A program made the position numbers and the translations under genes. A stretch of 64,000 nt of DNA from Oopsacas minuta (taxonomy: Eukaryota; Animalia; Porifera), in the NCBI GenBank assembly GCA_024704765.1, contig JAKMXF010000077.1, positions 263,220 through 327,219 of the forward strand, read 5' to 3'. The notes beneath the pieces were generated by a model. The model saw only the letters and a list, made by a program, of their open reading frames with translations, searched no databases and was not told where the DNA came from. Positions 26,744 to 40,567 of the stretch are shown in pieces (position 1 is the first letter of the stretch; each line of letters begins with the position of its first letter).

Positions 26744-29124
26744 CAGGGGTGCCCAACATAGGGCTCGCGGGCCATATCCGGCCCACGTAATAATTTCATC
26801 CTGCCCGCGCAAGCATGCACTAAGACTTTTGCACTTTGTAATATATACTAATTCTTCATGAACAATTCCTAAGCCACATTTCGATGGCATTCATACTGGA
26901 CGTCGAATTTCAATGTATTTGACATTTTGAGGATTCTTATTCATTTTCAATACACGACAGGTGCATGTGTTTAGTAATAATAATCTTTAGCGGTGTATAA
27001 ATATAAACTAGTATAATTCTAAGCTTATAATTGAAATTCAGATACTGCGTTTACTCATCTCCTAAATTACCTGTAGAATATATATATCATTTATATTAAC
27101 GGAGCCTTGTTCTAAGAAAAGGAAAGTTGGCATCGAGGGTAGAAATTTCAACGACAGCTGGACCGAGAAATACTTTTTACCAACTTCAAAAATAAACCAA
27201 CTTGCTTAATTTGCAAGTAGATCATCGCAGTGATGAAAGAGTACAACATCCAAAGACACTACAGTGCTAATCATCGAGATTACAGAGCATGCTCAGGGCA
27301 GATACGGAAAGATAGAGTACAATGATTAATTAGGGAACTTTCGGTACAACAAAATATTTTTACAAATATTCATTCTGAGTCAGAAAAAGCTATTCGGTGC
27401 AAGCTTTGCCATTTGCAAACTTATTGCAAAGAAATATAAGCCATTTACTCATGGTGAATTTATCAAGGAGTGTGTTATTTCTTTAGCGCAAATTATGTGC
27501 CCAGGGAAACAGAAGTTATTTGAGAACATTAGCCTTTCAAGAATGACAATTAGCCGTAGGATAGAGAACTTATCAACAGACTTAAACCTTACTTTAGAAA
27601 ACGTGCGAGTGAGTTCGAGTACTATTCTCTTGCCCTTGGTGAGAGCACATATGTCACTGATACTGCCCAACTTGCTGTTTTTGTAGGAGGAATCGATTCA
27701 AAATTTAGTCTTACATAAAATTGGCGAACTTACATAGCCTTCACGATAGAACAACTGGAGTTGATATTTATAATGCGGTGATGAATGGAATTGATGCTAT
27801 CGGACTTAGGTTGAATAATTTATGTGGGGTAACGACAGATGGCGCACCATCAATGATTGGGAAGGAAAGGGGCTTCGTTGCTCTTCTGGAGAAAGAAAGG
27901 ATCAATTCAGGAAGTAGTACTATGAAATTAGTCAAAGTGCATTGTATAATTCACCAGGAAAATCTCTGTTCAAAGTCATTAAGAATGCAGGGTGTAATGG
28001 AAATAGTAGTGAAAACTGTCAACTTCATTCGTGCTCGAGGACTCAATCATCGACAATTTCGAAAACTTTTAGACGAAATGGATTCTCAATATGGAGACCT
28101 TCTTTATTATACGGAAGTACGATGGTTAAGTAGGGGTGCGATGCTTCGACGCTTTTATGAACTCAAAGAAGAAGTATTTCATTTTATGGAGCAGAAGGAG
28201 AAACCAGTTTTTCATCTCAATGATCCATTATGGTTCTGTGACTTGGCATTTTTGGTCGATATCACTCAATATTTGAATAACCTCAACTCAAAATTACAAG
28301 GAAAAATCTGCTTATTCACAATTTGTTTGACTTCATTTGCGCTTTTGAAAGAAAGCTCGAGATATGGGAAAAACAATTAATAGAAGGAAATTTTTATCAC
28401 TTTGAAACCTTATCAAAACATTCCCCTCCAGATACAGGTGTATACGCAATCGAAATCAATTCCCTGCGCAAAGAATTTGAGAATAGGTTTAAAGATCTTC
28501 GTAGCAATATTGTAAACTTCGCTATATTTTCAAATCCTTTCTCTTTAGAACCTATTGAACTCCCCGAGCATCTCCAGCTAGAATTGGTTGACATGCAATG
28601 TAACCAGGACTTGAAAGCAAAATTCAATGATGTCACACTGATAGACTTTTATCAAAAGTATTTATCATCATCAGATTACCCCAATCTTATCAAGCATTGT
28701 AAGATGATGGCTTGTTTATTTGGGAGCATATACATATGTAACGACTGTTCTCCCAAATGAAGCTAGTAAAAAGCAAATGCAGAACTCTTTTAACTGATAG
28801 CCATCTCGAAGATATATTAAGAATAGCTACTACGGATATGGAACAAAACATCGATCACATAGTCAGACATATGTGTCATCAATCGTCATTCATGTCAAAG
28901 TAATATATCATTGTCTATACTTGTATTAGTGTTGGTATAATCAGTATTCGGGTTTCTTATTATTTAGTATTTTTGATCATTTTTTGTGGTCTGCCAATAT
29001 TTCATATGTGTGTTCCCTTTCTGTAGCATTTCCACTTGGATTTTCCAACAAATTTTCTTTAAATAACTCTGAGATATATAATTGGTCCATGTGACCCGCA
29101 ATTAAATCGAGTTAGGCACCCCTG
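26744..29124 (+). mobile_element. hAT, SPIN/GTF2IRD2-like (Buster group), defective
   Basis: TIR CAGGGGTGCCCAAC / GTTAGGCACCCCTG; perfect TSD TGATATAC; 2381 bp. TTDGAPSMIG, HCIIHQENLC, YTEVRWLSRG. Confidence 0.94.
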
Positions 29125-30139
29125 TGATATACAATCAGATCAAATCCATGTAGATAGTGTAGAAAAATAAAGTACGCGATCGAAATTAATAGTATGAATT
29201 AGTAAATATACAGGGTTGGCTATAAATATATTTTTAAACTACAAAATTTTTCATATCTCACGAGATATATTATAAAATATTTATTCTCTACTCTTCACTT
29301 TGTAGCATAAACACTAGTTTTTATATATTTATTGCTAAAGAGAACTCTTTAGACAATGTCGTAGAGGTATAACCATAAAGTTAAATACAACGTGAATTCA
29401 ACGATATTATAGAGTTAAGAAGGCTCCTACTCCAACGGCTATGAGTCCAAATATCCATCGCCATGAAGGTGGCCTCAAACACTTTCTTGAATGATCATAC
29501 ATGAGAAAAATGAGGCAGGAATGACAATATTTGGCGGCAGTCAAATCATACACAAGCGGAGGAACTAAAACATGTTTCCAACAGACAATGGCCTTATTTA
29601 TTGTATTATATAATGAACTAGAGGATTCGTCTGCATAGATAGTCAAAGTAACTTTGTTTATATTCTCCCAGCTACAATAGTTGCCAGTTGTCAACTGTCG
29701 ACTGACATATTTAATACGTCGTATATATTCGAAGTCAGACGACTATAGATTTTACCCTACAGGTGGGGTAGTTAAGTTACGATATTTGTGAATACTGTAT
29801 ATTACTTTCTCTAAAACTGTACTTATGAATTTGTACTACAGTAGACTCTCTTTAATATGAATACGATTAAGACGTGACTCCTGATAAGGAGTATGAATTT
29901 TGGAGGCCACTAGTATACGTATTAATAGGAGCCTACTGTCATTGTTTTTATCTCAAACTACTCAATTCAATCATACTTAAGATGGCTAATAAACAAGTTA
30001 TAGATTTTACTCCCCCGGGCCCTATAATAGAGTGCTGCAAGAGTTGGGGGAGCTCTACTTGAAATCACAAGAAATAGCTTGGAGCCGGAATCGGTCGACT
30101 ACAAGCTATTAACCTCATGAACCTTATTATATACAGGTG

Positions 30140-30516
<377 letters not shown>

Positions 30517-31811
30517 CATATAATGATTACTTAATAATTTGATAATGAGAAAGCACTTTTAGTGAAATAGTTAATAAGATGTCAAAACACAATCGTACTT
30601 ACTATTATTTGAAATTTCTTTAAAATGTGATAAATGAAATTGATCGATTATTAACTAAACTTCACGATTGTTCAGAGGTACAGTAGATGCCGGATATATG
30701 AGCAGTCGAGTTATATGAACCTTAACTCGATTTACCGGATCTTTTGTATTCTACTCATTGAATTTTTACCGCGTATAGGAATTTTCCCGAAAAAAGGTTG
30801 AATTTATAGTGAAGTAGGTTCTAACAACTACGTATTTTTGTGTACGTAGTTAGTATGGATTATACTGTTGATATTCGAAGCGATTTTCTAATTGGTCCAT
30901 ATATCCAAATGTAATTATATCAGGTGTTCTCAAAACCGGTATTCGCTGTATACCACATACCAAGAATAAGAACATTGTGTCCAGTTTCCTACGATGTTGT
31001 TATATTCTGTGCCTACTATAATGTGATAATTAACTGATCCCCAATTTAATATTCCAGTCAGTGTCCTTACTACAATTAAGTTTGTCGACTATATCTTCAC
31101 CAATGTATTTTTATGAATAACTATATATTATTGATGTGAAGAGACAAAATAGATGATCGATGTAACATTGTACATAGTTCTCACCCTAATTCATATTTAG
31201 AATTTTCAATCCCTCTTTAAGGTATTTTCAATGAGAAATACTTCGGTTAATACAAATTTAGAGCAAGGATCACAAATTTTACGATTCTTTTGTGTGTATA
31301 TAACCAGTTTGGACTGTGTGAATAATTTTAAGATATCTATTATGTGTAATCAATTCAACAACTTTATGTCAAATTTCCTAATCGTTCAGTCCATCACATA
31401 CCCCAATATCTACTCCAAAGTAAGTTAATGTTGATAGCATTATCTGCTTAATTCATTTTGATTCATCAGGGCAGAGCTGGCTAATAAACAGAGTTTTATT
31501 GTACTAGTTAACTTTCTGCAAGTTGAATCTGTCTTGCCGTCATGCAAGATTTCGTCCCGGTTCTCAGAGCTTTACGCTTTGCTATTAAGCCGAAAATGCA
31601 TTTATCCTTAATTTTATTCGCCAGAAACGTTGTAATATGACCAAATTTTGCGTAATTTGACCAATGGTATGTGCTTAGGATACAAAAGCAATTGACCAAA
31701 AGGAATTTAAATTAGAAAACGAATCAATTCTGAAGGTAACAAGAATTAACATTTCGCAAAATTTTCATATCCCAATTGAGTAAGCATGTAATTCTGTTGT
31801 GAATTCAAATA

Positions 31812-31995
31812 CAGAAGAGTCTCTTTAATACGAACATGGTTAATGTGTAACTCCGGATAAGGAGTACAAATTTGTACACTTTATCAGTCCCCTTCAATGC
31901 ATTTTCAATGTAAATCAGTTCGTATAATACGTACTCCGGATAAGGAGTACGTATTTTGGCATTCCCCTGGTGTACTTGTTAACGAGACTCTACTG
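31812..31995. mobile_element. pogo/Tigger-type MITE
   Basis: CAGAAGAGTCTC...GAGACTCTACTG ends; two internal ACTCCGGATAAGGAGTAC repeats. A related 5' fragment occurs near 29838. Confidence 0.75.
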
Positions 31996-32592
31996 ATTGT
32001 AGTTGTAGCGTATATAAAACTAATTATTTATTGCATTATTTTCATGTAATATAAATTGGAGGTGTATTGTATTGAGAAGATAATTGAATATTGTATAGTA
32101 CCTTAGATTAATAATGTCACACTAAAGTAATACAATAAATAATCTTGGCGTGGCCACAGGTTATACTTATATATTTTTGCCTGTTCCGCTCGCAGTTCTA
32201 CACAACTAGCTTTACTATTATCATTTTTTAATATTTTATATTTCCCGAATGTAATATTGTCTAGTTAGTTATTCCCGAAAATATCCTACACATTTAAATA
32301 GTTCAATGTCTCTACCATATTTGAATATCAATTTTTAACAATAACTACATACTTAATGCAGGGAACAAATTATTCTCAGAATTATTTCAATTTCGATTAA
32401 GCCCTCTTTGGGTCAATTTCAGACTTATATTCAATTCCTACATTATTTTGGCCAAGCCTACTTCACTCTTAATTAAATTCCGAATAGTTTTGGTCATATT
32501 CCTGTCCATTGTGCAAATGAGTTTTACATTTCACTGTTTTAGGGCTCCAAAAAAGAAGAGATGAGTAAATCATGTAACAATTTCTGAATATA

Positions 32593-34992
32593 CAGACACT
32601 CCGAAACTTACGAACGAGTTACGTTCCGGATGGTCGTTCGTAACCCGAATTGTTCCTAAGTTGATACAGTATTGTTATGTGGTGCTGAGCACAATATATC
32701 CCTACTAAACCATCCTCTACATCATTAATGATACACAACAGATATGCGAGTTGATATTTGATATCTTATTTGAAAGACACAAAAATAAAATATGTTAAAA
32801 CGCAGAACATATTTACAAACAAGATACACTACAGTAGGCTATATTAAAGTGTTACAACAGTCCATCAACATCGGAAGGATCATATAATAAAGATGGCAGT
32901 GGAGGTGAAACATATATGTTTGAAGGCATTGCCTCTACATTTTCAAGGAGATTTTCCACCACCGATTTTGATGTTTTCACGAGGATCATCACGCTTCTTG
33001 AAGAATTGGTCTAAGAAGGTTTGCGTTGTCTTTCTTTTCTTTTCATTGTAGATGATGCGATAACATTGGAAGGAATCGCGGATACTTGTAGCTACTTTTG
33101 AAAATCTCTCATCATTTGGATTCTGATTCTCGAAAATAGCGAGAGCTTTCTCGATAAGCCCCCTCGGCCATCATCTTAGTTTCAAATTTCTTTATAGGAA
33201 GAATCTCTTCCTCGTCTTCTTGTTCAGAGTGTCTTTGCATGGTTTCCAATTCCATTAGTTTCTCATTTGTCAATTCCTGTGAATGTGACTCGAACAGCTC
33301 TTCGAAGTCCTCTTCATCCAGGTCAATATCAAGCATTTTAAATATTTCAACAAGTTTTCAAGGATTTTCTTGTCCTCTTCTTGTTGAAATCCTTGAAAAT
33401 TGTTGACTAACTGTGGGCACAAAAACTTCCAAACACCGTTCATGTTGGTCTGTGAATCTTCATGCTATGCAACATCAATGTTGCTTGACACACATGTAGA
33501 TGTTAAATGTCTTCCAAAAGTCACTTAAGGTCGTATCATGATCATCTTCCACTGCCTTCAATGCTTGCCTGAAGGTACGACGTATGTAATATTTCTTAAA
33601 ATTTGCAATAACACCTTGATCCATTGGTTGAGGGATGAAATTGTGTTAGGTGAAAGGTAAACAACTTTCACATCAGGGCAAAACCATCCAAGTGTGGGGG
33701 ATGACCAGGTGCGTTATCTAAGAGCACGAGAATCTTGAAAGGGATTTCCATTTTTCAGCAATACAGCTTGACCTCGGGAATGAAGTGGTTGAGAAACCAG
33801 TCTTCGAATACAACGAGTGTCACCCAGGCCTTTTTATTCGACTTCCAAATTACAGGAAGTGAACTTTTCGTAATATTCTTGAATGCCCGTGGATTCCCAG
33901 CTCGGTAGACTAATAGTGGTTTAAGCTTGAAGTCTCCTGATGCATTGTCGCCCAACATCAAGGTTAGCCTATCCTTCACAGCCTTGAAGCCTAGTATCGT
34001 CTTCTCTTCACGGATAATATACGTTTTCTGAGGCATTTTTTCCAGAAAAGGCCAGTCTCGTCCACAATGAAAATTTGCCGAGGAGCATAACCACTGGCAT
34101 TGATGATATCTTTCAAGATAACTGGAAATTTCTCGGCAGCCACTTTGTCGGCACTTGCTGTTTCACCCGATACAGGAACATAATGCAAGTTTGCTCGTTT
34201 CTTGAAGCGTTGGAACCATCCATGACTTGCAGCAAAAGTCTCTTCTTTTGCACTTTCACCAGCTTTAACCTTCAAATCTTCAAAGACTGACTTAGCCTTC
34301 TCCTGAATCAGCACGAGGCTAAGTCTTACATGACGCTACCACTGGTGCTCCATCCAATGACCGAGGAGCTTTTTCATTTCTTCTAATAGTTTACCCCTCT
34401 TCTTGCCAATAATGGTAGACTACATAGGCACTGCACTTTTCACGTGTTCCATAGCACGATCTTTGCATTTGTATATAGTACGATGGTGGAACGATTCATA
34501 TTGTAAGCGCGGGCTACATTCACCATTTTTCATCACTATCTAGCCTTTTTATTATTGCCACTTTTGTTTCCATAGGGATAGCCTGACGTTTTTAGCATTA
34601 CCACTAGCATCACTCGCCTTATGCTTCTTACTATCCATTCTGAGTAAACGATGCATCAAATATTTGACAAAGATCAATGCCGTATATTTTCTTCTAAAAT
34701 ATACAATAGTCCCAAAAATACAATTGGCCTACTTCTATACAATAGTCTCTAAACCCGCAAAATGAATTTTTCATAAAAAGCATTGTCGCATTTTAAAGTG
34801 AATGCCCATTGTTTAATCATACTGAAGTTGCATTATTGTAGCTATTCTTAATTGTGTATTTTCTATGTGATACAGCCTTGTGATGGTTTGGTAGTGACCA
34901 CAAGTTTGTAGTTTACTGTATGCAGTGAGTAAATATATGAAATTAAAAATTTTGTTCGTATCTACGAATGTTCGTCTGTCGGGAAGTGTCTG
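32593..34992 (-). mobile_element. pogo/Tigger1-like element (CENP-B HTH + DDE_1), defective
   Basis: TIR CAGACACTCC..ACTTACGAAC / GTTCGTCTGTCGGGAAGTGTCTG with TA flanks; 2400 bp. ASHGWFQRFKKR, IVDETGLFWKK, KDRLTLMLG, WKSNKKAWVT; ATG at 34638. Confidence 0.92.
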
Positions 34993-37288
34993 TATTTGGT
35001 GAATACACCCTCACTATTTCAAATAACTCTCGACCTCTGACAAATAATTTATCTGATTATTGAATTAGTTCACATTTAGTGAATAGTTACGATTATAACT
35101 TGTAGCATACTAGTTTACGAATATATGAGCATAAGTTCACGAAATGGTGTACAGGCAATGAAACATTTGCTTATTTTAGTACTATAACATGTAACGCAGT
35201 CGTTAACTATCGTCATTGTAGAAAATTTAGACTGTTTCAAAATTCTTTCCCCTCCATGTTCTGTTCGAAATAGCGATGGTCTATTGTGTTTTGTAAGTAT
35301 TTTGCAGCGAACACGTGCGGGTTGGTTAACTGATTTTGTGTAATGGTTAATATGAACATCTACATTTAACTGGTTAACTGGTGCTATCACTTGACTTCAA
35401 ACAATAGAAAAATTTATGTACAATCGGCTTGTATAACCCTGAATCCAACCGTAGCTATGATAATTTCCATTAAATATGTGAAGAGATAAAGAATTTAATT
35501 TTGCACACTTATTAATTTTGTCATGTTGATGTCGAGTAGTAGTAAATATGCTTACCAAATAAATGTTTATTTGGAACAAGAAGATGGACTAAGTCACGGT
35601 AACTTCTAATAATACAATATAACATTGTTTTTGGCTTGATATATATATATTGATAATATAATCATATTATATTTGCCATGTACTGCATTAGTTTTGAATA
35701 TATCCTCTAATTTTCTGCCCTGACTCTCGAAACAAGTAACTACATTTAGTCAGGCCGCTTCTAACAAAAGTGTGGTCATGATAATAAGTCATATGCAGCG
35801 ATCCCAGTCTCACCAGACAGTTATTGGTGAGATTTTGTCATTACTATATTTTTGTTTTATAGGCTCAGCCAATTTGGAGGCCATAGGACCTCAAAAATAT
35901 GTAAGATATAGTTACAGAACTAATCCAAAACTATGTTCACGTGCCAACAATTGTTCGTTATATATATATTTCAACTTAAACAACCATCTATAAATTTCTT
36001 AGTCCGACCATTAAATTTTGTACTCTTCTTGGAGCTAATTCAACAGAACTTGAGCCATTTGTAAAACAGTTTATGAATATCACGCAGCAATGAACCCGAT
36101 ATTCATTCTTAAGAGAATGTAATCCCTGGGACATTTGCTGATAGAAAATTCTACTCTTTGAGATACACTTTGAGACTATGAATAATTTTACTACATATCT
36201 TATAAAGTAATATTCATTGAACACATATCCATAATTACGATAATTACGATATACCTCTGCTTTCTTGAGAAATTACATCAATGCATTCATTAACAATTTT
36301 CAGGACGAGATCGAATTTTGGAATTGGCCCCCTATGTTTCAAAAGTAACCAAATTTATGCCTATGTATATTGATTTATGATTTATATTTCGGTAGTAATT
36401 TATATTTCTCTATTTCCTAGCATTATTTCAATCCTAATACTTATTTTAAGTTAAACTCCAGGAAGGATCCTTAACCGGACATTGAAATGCAAATATTGCA
36501 GTTAGATTTATAGGTTCTCAAATTCAGTTGAATCCCGGACCGACTTGACTCTTAATTATATTTTACATAATGACACAATAAAGTGAGACGATAAATTTTG
36601 CAGAACTTAAATTTTCACTTTGTGCCTGAGCATTGATAAGTTTCCTAAATATTTAATATTAAAATGTAAATTTTTGGGCAGTATGTATTTATGTCACTAC
36701 AGTTGTTATTGGATATACATGCAGTGACAATGTAGGGATGCACTATATTTGACCAAATTATCATTACGTTATAACCATATTGTAACTATAAACAACATTC
36801 ATGTATCCAATATCTACTGTAGGTTGTATATATTTAGACTAATTTTCCCCTTTTATTTTCCGTAATTACGCCCTCAATATTCCAATGATAGAACACTCTC
36901 ATTCAGTGGTTCTCCATAACTGCTAATATTGTTATTATTATTATTATTATTATTATTGTTGGGTAATATTTATTTTTAGCATCCCAAGAAGTGATAAACA
37001 TTTAGTTGACTAAATATTTTATTTCTGATTAGTCGGCTTTATTTCATAGAGTCACTTCGAGAACTATTGTACTTTATTTGAGGTTATTTCAAATACAGTA
37101 CAAGGCATCAATGTGAGAACCATAGTATCATTGCCGTTTTCAATAATACATGGTATATTTTACAATGGACGAAATATTCTCAAGCTTCATTGTGTTAACA
37201 CCGTAATTTATCTCACTTTCCTAGATCCACAGACTAACAATTGAATTGTAAGTTTTTCAACATTATACCCAAACAAATAGCTTATATA

Positions 37289-37432
37289 TAGCTTAGCTAT
37301 ACTATAATACAGTTTCGTTTTTATTGGCTTTCCTATATTTGTTCAGTTGGTTTTTCTCTGATTATAGAAAAACACAACTTCTAAAGTTGGTATGGGCATT
37401 GGTATTATTAAAAACTGCACTCTACTGAATTA
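37289..37432. mobile_element. Small TA-flanked MITE, degenerate copy related to 49613-49762
   Basis: Shares TAGCTTAGCTATAC.ATA.TACAGTTT and GGTATGGG..TTGGTATTA..AAAAC.G.AC with the 49.6-kb copy. Confidence 0.55.
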
Positions 37433-37643
37433 TATACATATCATGAATCTGTTTTCCAAAACCAAGTAAATACTTTAACAATAATATTATCCATGTAGAC
37501 TTCACCTCTACATGAATTTTTAGAACCGTGAGTTGATTTTCATTAGTGCAGGGCTATTTATTATAATACATCGATTTACTTCTCATATTGACATTTCTTA
37601 TTTATTTCATTATTAGAGCTGTATATATATATATATATATATA

Positions 37644-40567
37644 CACAGTGTGGCATCATCTAGAATTAGCCAAATTTTTAGTGGTCTCGTAACTATCTAT
37701 AATAGTTCTAATATTGTTCAAGAGTCTGTCGAGAATACAACTATATTGTGTTTACTGTGGTTCAGCTTCTATTTGTGAATTTAAATTCTCATTGTCTAAT
37801 GACGTAATTTTATAAGGTTTCAAAACATTTTCCGAACTATAATTACGTTATCATAAATTCTAGCAGTAGATGCAATCAAATGCCTACTTGCAAGTAATTC
37901 AATTCGCGATTCATTTATAAGTATTCCCTATCATGACTTTGAACATTAATACCTCCCAAACTTAATAGAAATTTTTGAGAGAACTCTTTTTCGAAACCCC
38001 GAAAATTACCAAATTTCGGGATGTATTTCGACATACTCAGAGGTAGATTTTTACATGGGTACAATATGGGGCCTCTATATTTTTAACAATGTTAAAGTAC
38101 TGTACTACCCTTAATTTTATACAATTTTTAGCGCCCCATTCCCCACCCATTTCGAATTTCAATCCAAATTTCCCTGAGATCGGCTGAATTTCAAACTTGT
38201 GTTATTTATCCCATTATTGATACTTACTAGACAATACTTCCTTCCACTAGTTCAATGGATAAGACATTTATTTCACAAAAAGAAGCATACGATATTTATA
38301 AATCACATGGTTGGAATTGTTCTGGTGCCGCTCGTCAGATAATTGAAGTTCATTCCTTGTCAGATGATCTGTTAGAACTATTCGTTGGAAATTAAGAAAT
38401 CTTCGAAAATCCAGAGATCATTACCAGAAGATTTACAGCTTAAATCTTTGGGTGGGTATGGAGTTTTATTCAGTCACTACTTGTAACTCTGGATCACAAA
38501 TGTCGATTGACACAGTCGATTCTATCCCTGAGCAGCACTCATTTATTGAAGAGAATCTAACAGAGATCAGAAAACCATTATTCAAACTCACAATGAAAGC
38601 TGCTCGAAACCGTTTGAACGTTTTGCTAAAGCATATTCAGTTCGTTGCCCAAAGGGAGCAGGTTGACGAGAAGAAAGTTGCTGCTTTAGCTCTGGAATTA
38701 ATTTCTAACCAGGAATACGATCGAGAAACTTCCAGTATATGCAAAGAAATAATCGCAACAGGCACGTACGGAAATGTAAAGAAAGTTTCGATACCTATGT
38801 CAAGTTATATAATAGATCTTCTCGAAATTGGAGCATTCAAATACACACAGTTGAAGAAATTACTGAAACAAGATATCGTATTCCCATCCTATAAAGTATT
38901 ATCGCAATACCGTCAAGAAATTTCTCTTTCACGAAGCGTTTTATTTGTCACTAACCCTGAAGGTAACTCTATTGGTGTATCAGTTCCTTATTTCGAAATA
39001 CTCGAACTAACAATTCAACGACATCTTTTAAGCTTCGATTCCATTGTAAACAACTCACAATATCCTTTGTCAGTTCGAAATGCAGACGGTCTAGTTGGAT
39101 GAGGCTCACACAATTCTTACAACCAAGTGAACTCAAATCTAGGTTTAGATACACACAGTATTATTCTATTCGGATTTAAAATTCTCAGTATAACAGATAA
39201 CACAGGTTTCTCATTATACGTCAATACTTCCCCCAATTCACCTTTTTCATTCAGAGCAGTCTGCTTAATTGCGTTGAAGGAAAATCACGAAAACGTTAAA
39301 TTTATTATGGATACACTGGTAAATCCCGCAACTAAATTAATTGTAGAACAAGGAATTGCAGTTGAAAATCGTCACATAAATGTAGAAATTATTCGATCTA
39401 TATTTGATACCAAAATGGCAGGTCTATTGGATGAAGCGGGTGATGCATCATGTCATCTTTGCACGGCCACAGGAAATGAAATCAATAGTTTAGAGTGCGC
39501 CAGATCAGGTTTTCCAATTAATAGATACATTACTGATGCTAATCAACTATTTGACGATATTAATGAGGACGAAATATTTGCCCTACCTTCCAAAAAACGC
39601 TGTGGCATTACCCACCACCCTACTTCCGAAATAAACATCTTAGCAGCTTCTCCATTGCATGCGTATCTCTGTGTCTTTAGGTGGTACATGTTAAACATAT
39701 ATCACTTAGACGCAGGTTGTAAAAAGTGGTCACCTACATGCACAAAAGTACAGGATTCTTTGAAACGAATAAGATCAATTATAGATGCCAAATGTAGTAT
39801 CAAAATCGATATTCCTTCTAGTCAAGGGGGGACTTCAACAACTGGTAATGTTGCACGAGACTGTTTCTGAGATAAAAGATTTCTTCAGATGCGCTACCTC
39901 CACTATTAACCAAGTTGATAAACCAACCCTTAAAATGATTCAAAACAACCTCTCGGTGATTTTGAGGATAGTTAACAGCAAAGACCACATTAATTGTCAT
40001 GGTCTTGAAAATCTTTGCAACGAAACGTATGAATTGTTTTGAATCACTTTCCTTGGGTAAGCATCTCTCCCTCTCTTCATAAACTGCTTGCTCATTGTTT
40101 TCAAATAATTTATTGCTATGATCATGGTTATGGACTACAAAACCTTTCTGAAGAATGCTTAAAGGCTTGCAATAAGTATGTCAGAAGGTATAGAGAAAAT
40201 TTAGCAAGAAAAACATCCTTTTCTGACAACTTTCGTGATATTTTAGTCAGACTTTTGTGCTTCAGTGACCCTTGTATTAGTTTTAAATCGTCACAAAAGT
40301 ATTAGAAAGGCTAAATCAAACGAAGATAGCATGCTTGAAACATCTGAACAGGATATCCTTGATGAATCCCTGATAATCTATTAAAATTATGAATTAGTGA
40401 TTTTAGTGATGACGTCATCCTCACATATTTTGAGTGAGATAATTAAAAATTTGACTTGTCCAGTGAAATGTACGGGGTCGATTTCATATATAAATATAAT
40501 ACAAATCTTATCGATTTGAAGTTACAATTTGGCTAATCCCTCATTTTCGCCTTTTTGTCACACTGTG
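37644..40567 (+). mobile_element. Transib/RAG1-like transposon with RSS-like bipartite asymmetric TIRs
   Basis: Left end CACAGTG-TGGCATCATCTAGA-ATTAGCCAAATT; right end (reverse complement) CACAGTG-TGACAAAAAGGCGAAAATGAGGG-ATTAGCCAAATT; 2924 bp. The 5-bp flanks ATATA/AGATG do not match, and the left flank is a (TA)n run. Confidence 0.88.
38255..40384 (+). pseudogene. RAG1-core-like (Transib-type) transposase, ~700 codons when reconstructed
   Basis: NADGLVG*GSH (1st Asp region), FDTKM (2nd Asp), CHLC, PLH, GGTSTTGNVARDCF, SPSLHKLLAH, SEECLKACNKYVRRYRENLARK...SDP. About 4 frameshifts plus a TGA at 39100-02; the Glu aligning to the RAG1 catalytic Glu reads AAG (K). Confidence 0.88.

Noticed and set aside
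35115-35390. Weak piggyBac-like peptide (RWSIVF...N) on the plus strand
   Set aside because: Only a few matching residues and no TIR or TTAA evidence.
37651-38254. Possible RAG2-like gene inside the Transib/RAG1-like element
   Set aside because: Only ~600 bp is available, with no ORF of 60 aa or more and no kelch/PHD signal; the 3' side has only ~180 bp.
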